Below are positions 46,774 through 56,869 of a DNA stretch of 57,976 nucleotides, piece after piece. This stretch comes from Pseudomonadota bacterium (GTDB taxonomy: Bacteria; Myxococcota_A; UBA9042; GCA-2863065): the NCBI GenBank assembly GCA_947498315.1, contig CANMLD010000005.1:1-57976 (forward strand), read 5' to 3'. How positions within the stretch are numbered: the stretch's first letter is position 1; the number at the start of each line of letters is the position of its first letter. The position numbers and the translations under genes are program-made. The notes under the pieces were generated by a model. The model saw only the letters and a list, made by a program, of their open reading frames with translations. It searched no databases and was not told the DNA's origin.

Positions 46774-47430
46774 CTACTCAGCGTCCGGTTGCCGATCGGG
46801 GTGGGCGGCGATCAGCGCCTCGAGCCGGGACGCCTCCGCGTCCACGCGAGCGATGATGGGGAACGCGCCCAAGGCGACGCCGAAGCGTCGAGCGTTCTGG
46901 ACCTGCGGCACGAGGCACAAGTCCGCGGCGGAAGGGCTTTCGCCGACGGCGTAACGGCCCGCTGTCGTCTCGAGCACCGTCTCGAGCGCCCTGAAGCCAC
47001 GCTCGATCACCTGAGCGGCAAAGGCTCGGGCACCCGCGGCGCCCTGGCTCAGGTCATGCTCGATGGCACGCAGGACCCACAGATTCTGAAGCGGCTGTAT
47101 CCCGCTGTTCACGATCTCCACGACCTGCCTGATCTGGGCCCGATTGAAGGCGGAACCGGGATAGAGGCTCGGGCTGGGGTGGCACTCCTCGAGGTACTCG
47201 ATGATGGCCACGCTCTGCGCCACGAGCCCGTCTTCGGCCTCGAGCAACGGTACCTGCCCCATTGGGTTCTTGGCGAGGTAGGCCGGCGCCAACTGCTCCC
47301 CACCACCCCGTACCAAATGGACGGGGACGGTGACATAGGGCAGGCCCTTGAACGTCAGGGCAGCACGCACGCGCCACGCGGAAGAGGAGCGAAAGTAGCT
47401 GTGCAGGCGGTACACGTGGGTCTCGCTCAC
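46774..47430 (-). CDS. maiA: Maleylacetoacetate isomerase (GST zeta class)
   Basis: LHSYFRSSSAWRVR, NPMGQVP, GIQPLQNL, AHPDRQPDA; GTG overlaps the upstream stop. Confidence 0.93.
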   Translation of the reverse strand: MSETHVYRLHSYFRSSSAWRVRAALTFKGLPYVTVPVHLVRGGGEQLAPAYLAKNPMGQVPLLEAEDGLVAQSVAIIEYLEECHPSPSLYPGSAFNRAQIRQVVEIVNSGIQPLQNLWVLRAIEHDLSQGAAGARAFAAQVIERGFRALETVLETTAGRYAVGESPSAADLCLVPQVQNARRFGVALGAFPIIARVDAEASRLEALIAAHPDRQPDAE

Positions 47431-48431
47431 TGGCCTTGACGCCCGCACGGCACGACGACCTGCTCGATGGCGCCAAAGATGCCATCTCCGCGCGGGTCCT
47501 GGTCGGGCAGCGCCATCGCGATCCGAACGCGGTCGCCGTACTTCAAGAAGGGGGTGGAGGCAGCGCCAGTGTCGATGACCTCGATCATACGACGCTCAGC
47601 GAGGCAAGACGATCCGCGAGCGCGGTCTCGGTTCGAGACGGTCCCACTGCCGATGATCGTACCTGCGGACAGGGCTCGAGACTGGGCGCAGTGCGCGATG
47701 AGTTGCGGAAAGGAGAAGTGCATCTCCGCCCCGGCGTCAGGATCACCAAAGAGCTCGCCGTTGAGCCAAGTGCGAAGAGGCAGGTGCACGCGCCCGTCAC
47801 GCCAGTGGTTGCCGAGCTCATCGGGAGTTACCGCGAAGGGCGCGAAGGCAGAGCTGGGCTTGCTCACGAAGAAGCCGAAGCCCTTGGCGAGCTCATTTGG
47901 AATGAGGTTTCGGAGTGAGACGTCGTTCACGATGAGGAGCAAGCGGATGTGGCCGCCGGCGTCCAAGGGCGCCACACCGAGAGGGACATTTCCTGTTATT
48001 ACAGCAATTTCCGACTCGAAGTCGCAACCCCACGCTGGGTTGGGGAGGGGGATCTCGTCCTTGGGTCCGAGGAAGGTGTCGCTCCCTCCTTGATAGACGA
48101 GTGGGTCGGTCTCGAGCGTCTCGGGAGGCTCGGCGCCGCGCGCCTTACGCACGAGCACGATGTGGTTGATGTAGGCGCTGCCGTCGATCCAGCCGTACGC
48201 GCGCGGGAGCGGGCTCCGAAATCGAACGTCACTCGCGAGCAGGGCCGACGTACCGCCGTCATCGAAGGACTCGGACAGCGCGAGCAACTGTGGCTGGCAG
48301 CGGTCCCAGTCGTCGAGGGCGGCCTGCAGTGTCCTCGCGATCGCCGCCGCAGGTAGGAGGCGAGCGCCGTCGCGGCTGGCGACGCAGAGACGCCCGTCGC
48401 GGGTGCCGTCGTCGATGGTGCAGAGCTTCAT
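47427..48431 (-). CDS. fahA: Fumarylacetoacetate hydrolase family protein
   Basis: PLPRAYGWIDGSAY, DFESEIAV, NDVSLRNLIPNELAKGFGF, GSGTVSN; operon context. Confidence 0.9.
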   Translation of the reverse strand: MKLCTIDDGTRDGRLCVASRDGARLLPAAAIARTLQAALDDWDRCQPQLLALSESFDDGGTSALLASDVRFRSPLPRAYGWIDGSAYINHIVLVRKARGAEPPETLETDPLVYQGGSDTFLGPKDEIPLPNPAWGCDFESEIAVITGNVPLGVAPLDAGGHIRLLLIVNDVSLRNLIPNELAKGFGFFVSKPSSAFAPFAVTPDELGNHWRDGRVHLPLRTWLNGELFGDPDAGAEMHFSFPQLIAHCAQSRALSAGTIIGSGTVSNRDRARGSSCLAERRMIEVIDTGAASTPFLKYGDRVRIAMALPDQDPRGDGIFGAIEQVVVPCGRQGQ

Positions 48432-48492
48432 GGAGTACTCCTTGGCGAGGGGACCGGCTAGGGGGCGGCTCGGCGGGCGTGCGGGGAGAGGA

Positions 48493-49677
48493 TCAGCCCC
48501 AGCTATCGTCGTAGCCAGCCATGTCGAGCGCGAGCGCTTCAGCGGTGAGTTTAAGAGGGTCGAAGGTGTCGATCATCACGGCGGTCTCGCCAGTCTCGGT
48601 CGTACCGATGCTTCGCTCGTAAGCGCCCGGATGGGGGCCGTGTGGTATTCCCGCCGGATGCAGGCTGAAGGAGCCAGCGTGAACGCCGCGACGGCTCGTG
48701 AAGTCGCCGTCGCAGTAGAAGATGACCTCATCGACGTCCACGTTGCTGTGAGGATAAGGGCACGGGATGGCGTCCTTATGAAAGTCCACCTTACGCGGCA
48801 CGAAGCTGCAGACGAGCGTGCTGTTCGTGGCGAACGTGCCGTGTACCGTCGGGGGCAAGTGGACCTGCCCGATCTTCGGGCTGAAGCGGGAGATCGGGAA
48901 CGTGAAGGGGTAGACGTAGCCGTCCCAGCCCACGACGTCGAAGATGGGCGAGCGCTGTTCATGACGGGTGAAGCGGTCCGCCCGCTTGGTCACCACCGTC
49001 CGTAGATTGGTCACAGCCGGCGGGAGCGGTCCGAGCGCCGACGCCGCGAAGTCGCGAGCGGTGTACGGCGCGTCCATGCGCAACTGACCGACCGAGTTAC
49101 GGTATTGCGCGGGCAGCTTCATCGATGACCGCAGCTCGCACCACAGCCAGTGCTGGTCAACCAGCCCGGGTCCTCGAGCATCGAGGCTGATGTGGTAAGG
49201 CACGCCTCGTGGGATGAAGAGGTAGTCGCCCGCTTTGAATGAGAGCACCCCAAAGGTCGTGGCGAGCACGCCGCCGCCGGACTGGATGAAGAAGACCTCG
49301 TCACCATCGCCCTGCATGAAGGACAGGTCGTCGTCCGAAATAGGCCTCACGATCCCGATGGTTAGGTCTGCGTTCCACATCAGGGGTACCCGCCCCGTGA
49401 TGGGACCGCCGTGCGGCTTGATCTTCAAGGAGTCGAGGTGACGCCGCCGAACCGGGGAGTCTGTGGGAGCTGCGCCGTCCGTGCGGGCTGGAAAGAGCGG
49501 CGCGATGACCTCGCCGTCGCCGACGAACTGGGGCGGCCTCTCGTGATAGAGGATGGAGAAGGGACCATCAAAGCCGCCGCGCGTGTGGCAGTGCTCGTAG
49601 AACAGTGCGCCGCTTTGATCACGATGGACGGTATGAGGCTTCGGGGGGATCCGGCCCGAATGGCGGTACCCGATCAC
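48493..49677 (-). CDS. hmgA: Homogentisate 1,2-dioxygenase
   Basis: PKPHT, DVVGWDG, HLPPTVH, PYPHSNVDVDE, HPAGIPHGPHPG. Confidence 0.93.
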   Translation of the reverse strand: MIGYRHSGRIPPKPHTVHRDQSGALFYEHCHTRGGFDGPFSILYHERPPQFVGDGEVIAPLFPARTDGAAPTDSPVRRRHLDSLKIKPHGGPITGRVPLMWNADLTIGIVRPISDDDLSFMQGDGDEVFFIQSGGGVLATTFGVLSFKAGDYLFIPRGVPYHISLDARGPGLVDQHWLWCELRSSMKLPAQYRNSVGQLRMDAPYTARDFAASALGPLPPAVTNLRTVVTKRADRFTRHEQRSPIFDVVGWDGYVYPFTFPISRFSPKIGQVHLPPTVHGTFATNSTLVCSFVPRKVDFHKDAIPCPYPHSNVDVDEVIFYCDGDFTSRRGVHAGSFSLHPAGIPHGPHPGAYERSIGTTETGETAVMIDTFDPLKLTAEALALDMAGYDDSWG

Positions 49678-50828
49678 GGGACCTGCTCACGTTCGATGGC
49701 TTCGAAGAGGGCCCGGAAGTTACCTTCGCCGAACCCGTTATCGCCGCATCGCTCGATGAGCTCGTAGAAGAAGGGGCCGGCCTCCGGCTCGGCATAGAGG
49801 GTCGATGCGTCTTCGAGGAAGATCTGGATGAGGTAGTTGTCGACCGGTGAGCCGTCGATGAGGATCCCGAGTGGTTCGAGCACAGAGAGCTTATGCCTGA
49901 GATGGTCGACGTTCACCTGCTTGCGCGACAGTCTTTCGGGGGCCTGTGCGTAGTAGCTCGACGGCGTCTTCAAAAACGCCACTTGGCGCTCCCTGAGCGT
50001 CCGTACCGCCGCGACGACGTCGCCCACTTCGAGTGCGATGTGCTGGATGCCCGCGCCGCTGTTCTGTTCGACGAAGCGGTTGATCTGGCCGTCTTTGAAG
50101 AAGGGCTGGAGGGGCTCGTTGATCGGAAACTTGAGGCCTGACCGGGGATCCCACATGACCACCGACTTCAGCCCGGTCCCCTTCTCGCCACCTTGCCGGA
50201 CATCCTCAGTGTGAAAGGCGATCTGCCAGCACTGCTCCATACCCATGACGTGTTCGAGCCAGAGCCGCGTCGCAGCCATCGTCGGCGCGTTGCTCGTGAC
50301 GTGGTCGATTCGCGCCACTCCGACGCTTGGAACCGTGGGGCTGGACCCGGGCTCGACAGTCGCCGCCTCGAAACCCGGCGCGAACCCATGCCAACCATCC
50401 TTCTGCACGAAGCGAAAGGTGACGTCACCGAGTGCAGTCGTGATGCTGAAGTGGCGAAAGCGCCCTCCGTCCTGCCGCGTCTCACGGATGGTGTGAATTG
50501 GCGTCGCATCGCGGGACGTGAGGAAGCGCCAAGCGCGATCGAGGTCAGACACTTCGAACGTGAGCGAGCCGACGCCGGCCGGGTGATGACGGAGGTAACG
50601 AGCGGCACGGCACGTGGGGCGTACCGGCGTTGAGACCACAACGCGCACGTCGCCACCCTGGTAGACGATGCTGGCCTGCCCCGTCTCTTCAGTCATGTCG
50701 GCACCCGATTGGGCGACCCGCTTGAAGCCCAAGCACTGCTCGTAGAAACCGGCCGATCGCTCTGGCTTGTGGACGAAGTAGTGAATGGCGTCGACGCCGA
50801 TGATGCCGAGTTCTTCCGATGCGGCCAT
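49674..50828 (-). CDS. hppD: 4-hydroxyphenylpyruvate dioxygenase
   Basis: ATG 50828; IDHVT, PINEP, GIQHIAL, FYELIER, GFGEGNFRALFEAIEREQ. Confidence 0.93.
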   Translation of the reverse strand: MAASEELGIIGVDAIHYFVHKPERSAGFYEQCLGFKRVAQSGADMTEETGQASIVYQGGDVRVVVSTPVRPTCRAARYLRHHPAGVGSLTFEVSDLDRAWRFLTSRDATPIHTIRETRQDGGRFRHFSITTALGDVTFRFVQKDGWHGFAPGFEAATVEPGSSPTVPSVGVARIDHVTSNAPTMAATRLWLEHVMGMEQCWQIAFHTEDVRQGGEKGTGLKSVVMWDPRSGLKFPINEPLQPFFKDGQINRFVEQNSGAGIQHIALEVGDVVAAVRTLRERQVAFLKTPSSYYAQAPERLSRKQVNVDHLRHKLSVLEPLGILIDGSPVDNYLIQIFLEDASTLYAEPEAGPFFYELIERCGDNGFGEGNFRALFEAIEREQVP

Positions 50829-50985
50829 GGGGACTCCTTCGCGCTGATGGCGCTGCGACCGGCCCGAAACGCAGACGCGACCGGCGTCAAAGCGCCCTCT
50901 GACGGTAACTGAGGGCTCTTCGAGAGGGAGTGTATACCCAGAGGAGAACGTCAGCCACCGCTTCACTGAGGGGGGTCGTACGTGC

Positions 50986-51138
50986 TCAGCCCCAGTGCCG
51001 GCATCGCCGGCTTCAGCCGGAACTGACGCCGGGCTATCAGCCCCAGTGCCGGCGTCGCCGGCTTCAGCCGGAGCTGACGCCGGGCTATCAGCCCCAGTGC
51101 CACCGTCGCCGGCTTCAGCCGGGGCTGGCGCAGGGCTA
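50986..51138. repeat. 51-bp tandem repeat, three diverged copies (intergenic)
   Basis: Units start at 50986, 51037 and 51088: tcagccccagtgccggcrtcgccggcttcagccggarctgacgccgggcta; the third copy is the most diverged. Confidence 0.9.
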
Positions 51139-51426
51139 TCAGCGGTCAGCGGTCAGCGGTCAGCCAAGCCAGGACGCGCTCGCCGCGCGAACGGGAAGAG
51201 CCACCCGGCCGGCCGACCCGCAGAAGCTGACCGCTGAAAGCTGAAAGCCCCGTGAGCAGCTCTGAGCGACCCGCCGTTACCGCCGGCAGGAGCCGTGGTC
51301 GTCGAGTCAGTCACGAGCGCTCAGCGGTCAGCCCGTCAAGGCCAGGGAAGCGCCGCGCCGTGCGAGACACGTCGGACGGCCCGCTGGCCGGAGCTGACCG
51401 CCGACCGCTGACCGCTCACCGCTCAG
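51139..51426. repeat. Two inverted-repeat elements built from heptamer arrays (tcagcgg)n ... (gctgacc)n
   Basis: tcagcggtcagcggtcagcggtcagc (51139-51164) pairs with gctgaccgctgaaagctga (about 51226-51244). tcagcggtcagc (about 51321-51332) pairs with gctgaccgccgaccgctgaccgctca (about 51393-51418). Confidence 0.75.
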
Positions 51427-51543
51427 GAACAGCACTGAGCGCCGCGCCGGCATCGCCGGCAGGAGCCCTCGAAATCGAGTCAGTCACGAGCGTCATCAAA
51501 ATCCACAGACGGTGGCGACGCGGGAGGGTCTGGCGGTAGAGTA

Positions 51544-52161
51544 GTGCCCATGCCCGACGTCGAGCCCATCACCGGCCCATTCCCCTGCGCCGCTCCTGCA
51601 CCCAAGCTCGCCACTCACGAGCGCGGATGGCGGTCCTCCATCCTGCTTTGCCTCGTGACCGCCCTGACTGTCTGCGCTGCGGCTCCTGCGAGCGCGGTCC
51701 AGATCTCACGCGGCAAGTGGAGCTTCGGCCTGTCTGGCTCCGGCGGCTCGCGGTCTGCCGGCGTCGGCTTGGGCGTTGGCTATGTCGTGGTCGACGGGCT
51801 CGTGCCGTCCATCAGCGTCAGCTACGGCTGGAACGGCTTCGATAGCGGCGACAGCCACCGGCTCGAGACCGCTCTAGAGCTGCGCTACTACCTCTTCCAG
51901 AACCACATCGTCGCGCCCTTCATCTACGCCGACACCAGCCACGTCTATCTGGCCTTTCGAGGCGGTGTAAACGAGGACCACAACTTCTTCAGCACGGGCG
52001 GAGGCCTTGGGATCGCGTTCTTCGTCGGTCAAAATGCGGCTTTCTCCTTCCGAGGCGGGGTTGGAACCTGGCTCGGGGCCGAACAGTCGCTCTTCGACCG
52101 CGGCATCCTAGAAGAAGCACCCATCTTCGAGTACGGCTTCGGCTTCTCGTTCTTCTTGTAG
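51544..52161 (+). CDS. Small outer-membrane beta-barrel protein
   Basis: Signal ending APASA; amphipathic beta-strands; C-terminal YGFGFSFFL (BAM-type signal). Confidence 0.8.
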   Translation: MPMPDVEPITGPFPCAAPAPKLATHERGWRSSILLCLVTALTVCAAAPASAVQISRGKWSFGLSGSGGSRSAGVGLGVGYVVVDGLVPSISVSYGWNGFDSGDSHRLETALELRYYLFQNHIVAPFIYADTSHVYLAFRGGVNEDHNFFSTGGGLGIAFFVGQNAAFSFRGGVGTWLGAEQSLFDRGILEEAPIFEYGFGFSFFL

Positions 52162-52177
52162 AGACGCCTTGGGCGCG

Positions 52178-52459
52178 TCAGGACTCGATGCGGATGATCG
52201 TCCGCTCGTGCTCATATAGGTGCTTCTTACGTCGTCGCGAGCGGAGCGACGGCACCGCCTCTTCGAGCGCCGTCGCGTGGGGATCGACGACCGGATCGGT
52301 GAACACCCCATGGCGTTCGCCGGGTTCGAAGGGAGGCAGCTCTGGCTCGGGCTCGGTCGTCTCCCACGACGCGAGCGGGTCTTGGGCGCGCCTCGGCGCA
52401 CCGTAACCGGGTAGCAGCACCAAGTTGGTCTCGAGCTCGCCGGGCATCTTCTTGCGCAT
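52178..52459 (-). CDS. Small hypothetical protein
   Basis: ATG 52459: MRKKMPGELETNLVLLPGYG...HERTIIRIES; fills the intergenic gap. Confidence 0.45.
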   Translation of the reverse strand: MRKKMPGELETNLVLLPGYGAPRRAQDPLASWETTEPEPELPPFEPGERHGVFTDPVVDPHATALEEAVPSLRSRRRKKHLYEHERTIIRIES

Positions 52460-52587
52460 GGCGGGATCCAACCACGTCGTTGCGCTGTGAGCAAGGAGAG
52501 CACCGCACACCTGACGAGGATTCCGGCTTGAAGTGGCGCAAAATGAGGTTCGGTGCACTCGAACCCGAGCGCGGTTATAGTCGCGTC

Positions 52588-54510
52588 GTGTCATCGCGCG
52601 TCCGAGCGGTCGTGTGGGCCCTCGGCTGGGCTCTCTTCGCATGGGGCTTACTCGGGTCCTTGACCCCTGAGCTCGAAGCCAACGCCGACACGGAGCGCGA
52701 CGTCCTGAGGGCGCTCTTACTCATCGACCACGGCATCCTCCCCGCTACCGGGCCCGCCATTGACTACCTCCCCGTGGCGTTGCCGCCGACGTGGTACTTC
52801 CTCGTGGCGCCGATGACTCTCGTCTGGCGTAGCCTAGAGGCCATCCACACCTTCCACGTCCTCGTACTGATGGTCGGCCTCGTCGCCATTGCCGCGTGGC
52901 GCGGCCCGGAGCGCCCACCCACCAGCAACCCACCCACCGGTGCCCCACCCACCGGTGCCCAAACGGGTCACAGCGGCCCTCGTGGCGCGCTCACTATCGG
53001 CGTGTTGCTCGGTACCGCCTACGTCCCCGAGGTGCTCGCCTCCGTTTGGCACAACGGCCTCGTCCCCGGGATCTCCGCGCTCTGGGTCGCCGCCTTGCTC
53101 AGAACGGACAGCTCGCCACCCATCCGGGCCGCGTGGGCGCTCGCCGCTGCGTTCTCGTGCTCTGCACTGCTCGTTCAACTCCATGTCGTCTCCGCGCTGA
53201 CCTTCCTAGCCCCGGCCCTCATCCTCGCGGTACGACTGAGGCGAGACGGCGCAGCAATCGCCTGGCCCGCGCACCTCGTGACTCTCCTGGTACTAGGCGC
53301 TTTGGCCGCGACCACGCTCTCTCTCCTCTGGGGCCTCGACCTCGAGCGCGCGTCGGCGATCATGGAAGCTCGCACTTCGAGCGAAGCCTCCTGGCTGAGC
53401 TCCCTCGGCGCCGCCACCCTGCGCCTGTCCGAGCTACTGACCCCCAACATCATGAAAGATATCGCCCCCGTCGGCGCGGTCTGGCTCGCTCTGGCAGCCG
53501 TCGGAGCCTTCTCCGCCCGGGCTGGGGCATCTCGTGCCTTGCGCCTCGCCTTGAGTGTGTCTGTCTTCACTGGCCTCGCTGGCGCTGCCATGCTCTCGAG
53601 ACTCGACCCCGCTCCCCGCTACTTTGGCCCCTCACTATGGGCCGTCGTCGGTCTCGCGGCGCTCGGCGCACGCGCCATCGCCGCTCGATTCACTCCGCGA
53701 GAGCACGCTCTGAAGGCGAACACCCGCGCGGGCGTCTGGCTCGCCCTGGCCGCACTGGCGCTTTGGCCGCTCGGGCGCCCCGCCGCCGGTGAAGCGTTGC
53801 GAGAGACCGCCATCCCGAGCTTGCGGGAACAGGCGACCCTCGCTGCCATCTTGCGGGACGACTATGGAGCAGGCCTCAACGACCTCGACCGACTCCACGG
53901 CCCGGTGATGAACGGCCTGTCCGCGATGCGCCTGCAAGCAGTGCTCGCCCTTTGGCCCGTTGCCGGCGAGGACCGGGGCGAGGCAGACGCCTTCCTCTAT
54001 GCTGGCCCCGCTGACTTCCCAGCCCCCGCGTCCCTGACGGACGAGCGTCAGGTTACCGGTGGCAGCGATCGCGACTGGCTCATAGGCCGCATGGTCGCTA
54101 GCTCGCGGCTGCTCTCCGCCCACGTCGCTGGACGTCGCTGCACCATCGGATGGCCGCAGCGGTGGTCCGCCCTCGAGGCCGACGAGCTTCGTCCTTTTGG
54201 ACTTCGCGCCGGCGCGAGCGTCGAGTCGTGTCGCTCCCGTCGGCCAGGAGCCGAAGCGGCCCCATTGGTCCTCGAACTCGAGGTCCTCGCGACGCGGTCG
54301 ACGCTGGTGCTCGGATGGTTCGACGTCGTTCGACATCGGCCGGAGCATGCACGCGTCACACTCGCCCCTGGACCTGGGACGCTGACCCGCCTCGACGGGC
54401 CCCTTTGGAGGGACCTCGCGGGCTGGACCTTAGAAGTGCAAACCGCGCCGGCTCGTGTCAGGCTGGCGATCACGCCGGTAGAGACCCTCTCGACCGTGGA
54501 GCTGTACTAG
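52588..54510 (+). CDS. Polytopic membrane protein, probable GT-C fold glycosyltransferase, with a periplasmic C-terminal domain
   Basis: ADTERD in the first loop; GP...LPPTWYFLVAP, WHNG, VQLH and PRYF patterns; many TM segments. Confidence 0.6.
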   Translation: MSSRVRAVVWALGWALFAWGLLGSLTPELEANADTERDVLRALLLIDHGILPATGPAIDYLPVALPPTWYFLVAPMTLVWRSLEAIHTFHVLVLMVGLVAIAAWRGPERPPTSNPPTGAPPTGAQTGHSGPRGALTIGVLLGTAYVPEVLASVWHNGLVPGISALWVAALLRTDSSPPIRAAWALAAAFSCSALLVQLHVVSALTFLAPALILAVRLRRDGAAIAWPAHLVTLLVLGALAATTLSLLWGLDLERASAIMEARTSSEASWLSSLGAATLRLSELLTPNIMKDIAPVGAVWLALAAVGAFSARAGASRALRLALSVSVFTGLAGAAMLSRLDPAPRYFGPSLWAVVGLAALGARAIAARFTPREHALKANTRAGVWLALAALALWPLGRPAAGEALRETAIPSLREQATLAAILRDDYGAGLNDLDRLHGPVMNGLSAMRLQAVLALWPVAGEDRGEADAFLYAGPADFPAPASLTDERQVTGGSDRDWLIGRMVASSRLLSAHVAGRRCTIGWPQRWSALEADELRPFGLRAGASVESCRSRRPGAEAAPLVLELEVLATRSTLVLGWFDVVRHRPEHARVTLAPGPGTLTRLDGPLWRDLAGWTLEVQTAPARVRLAITPVETLSTVELY

Positions 54511-54587
54511 AGAGTGCGGCGTCGATACTCAAGGGCTTCGGCTGCACTCGTCATCGCGACTCCGAATGTAGACAGGGACGGAAGCTG

Positions 54588-56831
54588 ATGGCCAAACGAC
54601 GCGAGCCCCTCGACCTCGACTCTCCGAGCGCCACCACGCCGGGCTCTTCTCAGGGCCCGGGCGACGCCGACTCCTACGACGCCGTACCGTCCGCACACCT
54701 GACCGATCGCCTGGTGGAGCTCGAGCTGCGGCTCAGAGCGCTCATCCTGGAACGTCGAAGCGAGTCCGAGCGTCTCGGCACGGCCTTCCCCCTGCCGCCG
54801 GCCGCACCGGCCCTCGACGATCCGGACGCCCTACGCGCCGAAGCCGGTGAGCTCGGTGCTCGGATCACGTCGCGTGTCTCAACAACCCAAGCCATGCCGC
54901 CCCTTCTCGCCCTCGCAGAACGCTTCTCGCTCGACGCACACCAGCGAGATGCCCTCTTGATCGCGGCCGCGCCATCCATCGACAGTCGATTCGCGCGATA
55001 TTACGCAGCGTTACACCCGACGCACGCGCCTGAACCCACGGTCGACCTCTGCCTCTCGCTCTGGACTGACACCGTCAGCGAGCGCCTCTCTCTTCGGCGA
55101 GTCTTCCGAGAAGGCGGGAGGCTTTCGGAGAGCCATCTACTGCTGATCGACCGCGACCGCGCCCTTCATGGTGACAGCTTCCTGAACCTCGCTCTGCGGC
55201 CGAGCGAGAGAGCGCTCGAATGGCTCCTCGGCGAGACGGGCCTCGACGCTCAGCTTCGGAGCCATACCCAGCTCATCGACCCGACCATCGGACTCGACGC
55301 CGCCGTGTTACCCGAGGGGCTGAGGGCGTCGATCGACGCGCTCATCGCCCACCATGCCGAATACCGCGACCTCCTCACCTCCTCCGGCCTGAGCGCCCGC
55401 ATCACGCATGGCAGGGGCATCGTCATGGCGTTCATCGGTCCGCCGGGTACCGGCAAGACCTTCACTGCAGAAGCGGTGGCGAAGGAGCTGGGTAAGCGGC
55501 TCCTCGTGGTCGACCCGGCCCAGGTGCTCAGCCCTAAGCAGCCGGTGGAGGTGAACCTCGCTGGCCTCTTCCGTGAAGCGCATCTGCAGAACGCCGTCGT
55601 GTTCTTCGATGAGTGTGAGTCCCTGCTCGGCCATCGGCTCGCGAGCGGCTCTTCGGGCCTAGCGCCAACCGTCCTTGCGGCGATGGAGCGCTTCGATGGC
55701 GTAATCATCCTCGCCACCAACCTCCCCCAACTCCTCGACGAAGCGGTCGACCGCCGTCTCCTTCTTCGAGCGGTCTTCGAGATCCCGAGCGTCTCCTTGC
55801 GACGCCGGCTCTGGGAGTCGCACTTGCCGTCTGGCCTTCTCCGTGCGCCTGACGTCTCGACGGATCGCCTCGCTGCCGACTTCGAGCTCACGGGCGGCCA
55901 CATCAAGAACGCCGTGCTCGTCGCGGTGAACCGCGCTCTCGGTCGAACGGAGCGCCCCATTGCGCTGACACACGCCGACCTAGAGACCGCTGCACGCTCC
56001 CAGATCCGCGCCCGTATCAGTGAATATGCCGAACGAACGGCCACGCCACTGCGCCTGTCTGACATGGTCCTCCCCACCGAAGCCGCCGATCAGATCGCGG
56101 AGATCCTCGCCGCCGCTCGATGCCGCAGTGTGGTGTTCCAGGAATGGGGCTTCGCCAAGAAGCTGACGAAGGGGCGTGGGCTGTCAGCCCTGTTCGACGG
56201 TGAACCCGGCACTGGGAAGACGCTGTGCGCCGAGATCTTGGCGGCCGAGCTCGGCCTCGTGCTGTACCGGATAAACGTCGCCAACGTGGTGAGTAAGTAC
56301 ATCGGAGAGACCGAGAAGAACCTGACGCGGGTCTTTCAGGAGGCTGAAAACGCCCGCTGCTTGCTCCTCTTCGATGAGGCCGACGCCCTTTTCGGGCAGC
56401 GGACCGAGATGAAGACGGCCAACGACAAGTACGCGAACATGGAGATCAACGTGCTCCTCCAGCTCGTCGAGCGCCATGAAGGGATCGTGGTCCTCACGAC
56501 CAACCTGAAGAAGGGCATCGACAAGGCCTTCGAGCGCCGAATCTCCTATAAGGTCTACTTTCCTTTTCCAGAACCGGAATATCGAGAGCGTATCTGGCGG
56601 GACCTCCTCCCGAAAGAAGCGCCTCTCTCGACAGATGTCGATTTCTGGGTGCTCGGGCAGTCTTTCGAGCTGTCTGGAGGCAGCATCAAGAACGCGCTTT
56701 TACGCGCTGCCTACCGTGCTGCAGCGGCCTCCCGGCCCATCGCCATGGAGGATCTTCTGTCGGCTGCGAAGTACGAATGTGCCGCCGCAGGGAAGTTGTA
56801 CCGCGTTGTGAGCGTAGACGAGTTCGGCTAG
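54588..56831 (+). CDS. Double-AAA ATPase with an N-terminal helical/winged-helix region
   Basis: GPPGTGKT with VVFFDECE, and GEPGTGKT with LLLFDEAD; SKYIGETEKNL; second-region-of-homology motifs present twice. Confidence 0.9.
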   Translation: MAKRREPLDLDSPSATTPGSSQGPGDADSYDAVPSAHLTDRLVELELRLRALILERRSESERLGTAFPLPPAAPALDDPDALRAEAGELGARITSRVSTTQAMPPLLALAERFSLDAHQRDALLIAAAPSIDSRFARYYAALHPTHAPEPTVDLCLSLWTDTVSERLSLRRVFREGGRLSESHLLLIDRDRALHGDSFLNLALRPSERALEWLLGETGLDAQLRSHTQLIDPTIGLDAAVLPEGLRASIDALIAHHAEYRDLLTSSGLSARITHGRGIVMAFIGPPGTGKTFTAEAVAKELGKRLLVVDPAQVLSPKQPVEVNLAGLFREAHLQNAVVFFDECESLLGHRLASGSSGLAPTVLAAMERFDGVIILATNLPQLLDEAVDRRLLLRAVFEIPSVSLRRRLWESHLPSGLLRAPDVSTDRLAADFELTGGHIKNAVLVAVNRALGRTERPIALTHADLETAARSQIRARISEYAERTATPLRLSDMVLPTEAADQIAEILAAARCRSVVFQEWGFAKKLTKGRGLSALFDGEPGTGKTLCAEILAAELGLVLYRINVANVVSKYIGETEKNLTRVFQEAENARCLLLFDEADALFGQRTEMKTANDKYANMEINVLLQLVERHEGIVVLTTNLKKGIDKAFERRISYKVYFPFPEPEYRERIWRDLLPKEAPLSTDVDFWVLGQSFELSGGSIKNALLRAAYRAAAASRPIAMEDLLSAAKYECAAAGKLYRVVSVDEFG

Positions 56832-56869
56832 CGTCTCGGCCCGACGCCTCTAAATGAGGAGGGCGACGC

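Noticed and set aside
50986-51138. CRISPR array
   Set aside because: The units are head-to-tail with no unique spacers, and no cas genes are present.
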